Shown: positions 63,504 through 64,000 of the stretch, in pieces
Layout: each line of letters starts with the position of its first letter
Position numbering within the stretch: the first letter of the stretch is position 1
Source: Lepidodermella squamata
Lineage: Eukaryota; Animalia; Gastrotricha
DNA: 64,000 bases
Assembly (NCBI GenBank): GCA_047495785.1
Contig: JBLDXI010000029.1
Coordinates: 3,472,001 to 3,536,000, forward strand
Direction: 5' to 3'
Made by a program: the position numbers and the translations under genes
Notes under the pieces: generated by a model
What the model was told of the DNA's origin: nothing
The model's input: the letters and a program-made list of their open reading frames with translations, nothing else
The model's database searches: none

Positions 63504-64000
63504 TTCGGCTCGAAAATCAGCGTGCAGTCAAGCTTATCGAAAGGAAACATCTCAAATTTGAACGACTGGCATTTGGTGTCAATGCGCCGAATTCCTACGT
63601 ACAGACCACGTGGCGGTGTCGAGATAGAAAATGGTGTTATCGTTATCTCATCGCCGCCTTCGATATCGAAAGGCAGAGGATTCTTCACCGCGTTAAGGTG
63701 GCTCAGGTAAGGATGCCAGTAACTTTTAGCTTCAACGTAAAATTGAACTTTATCGAGACCATATTTATAGTTGCATAATTTAGCGAGTTCCGGGTGATTT
63801 TCGGCCATTTGCCAGCAGTTCATAACGGGGCATGGGTAGTTCCATGAGAATATGAAATAGACAAAAATTGACAGCGTTTTCGCGAGATCGTTGATTTCGA
63901 GTATTCGAACAAGTAGTAGGGTCAAGTCTATTTTAAATGGATCACGAAATTCGTTGAGAACTCCATTTTCAAAGGGCAAATTAAGGACTCGAACGGGTGG
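63504..64000 (-). pseudogene. Cys-loop receptor copy 2, 5' part (extracellular domain; continues beyond the window)
   Basis: High identity to 29470-29960; contains CQSFKFEMFPFDKLDC. Confidence 0.9.

Overview
Eukaryotic DNA from an animal-type genome with many short (~40-60 nt) introns. The left half (1-33.7 kb) is host gene territory: a CYP2-clan P450 with one in-frame stop, a secreted PAN/lectin-like protein, three tandem GABA-B-like class C GPCRs, an RDH11-14-like SDR, and a duplicated [GT6 glycosyltransferase + Cys-loop receptor] unit, with MITEs and TE fragments. The second Cys-loop copy is split mid-exon by a 29,749-bp insertion (33755-63503). Removing it restores the frame exactly (..FEPN|QADILVNFSAR.., same length as the paralog's FEPNQGNDFVNFSAR). 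The insertion is two related rolling-circle (Helitron-like) elements joined head-to-tail. Both start TGATTGCGCGA and end CCGTTTTYCTGGA, and all three junctions carry GAT. Element A (22 kb) looks intact. It encodes a spliced ~2,900-aa protein (OTU protease, Cys-rich regions, HUH Rep, PIF1 helicase, C-terminal SLX1-like GIY-YIG nuclease), an RPA-like OB-fold protein, a 297-aa gene whose first intron holds a 398-bp tandem array, a 65-aa gene, and a mini-ORF of scrambled Rep motifs. It also carries three arrays of a hairpin-rich ~390-398-bp repeat and an internal inverted copy of its own 3' end. Element B (7.7 kb) is a non-autonomous relative. All assignments come from motif recognition by eye; no searches were run.
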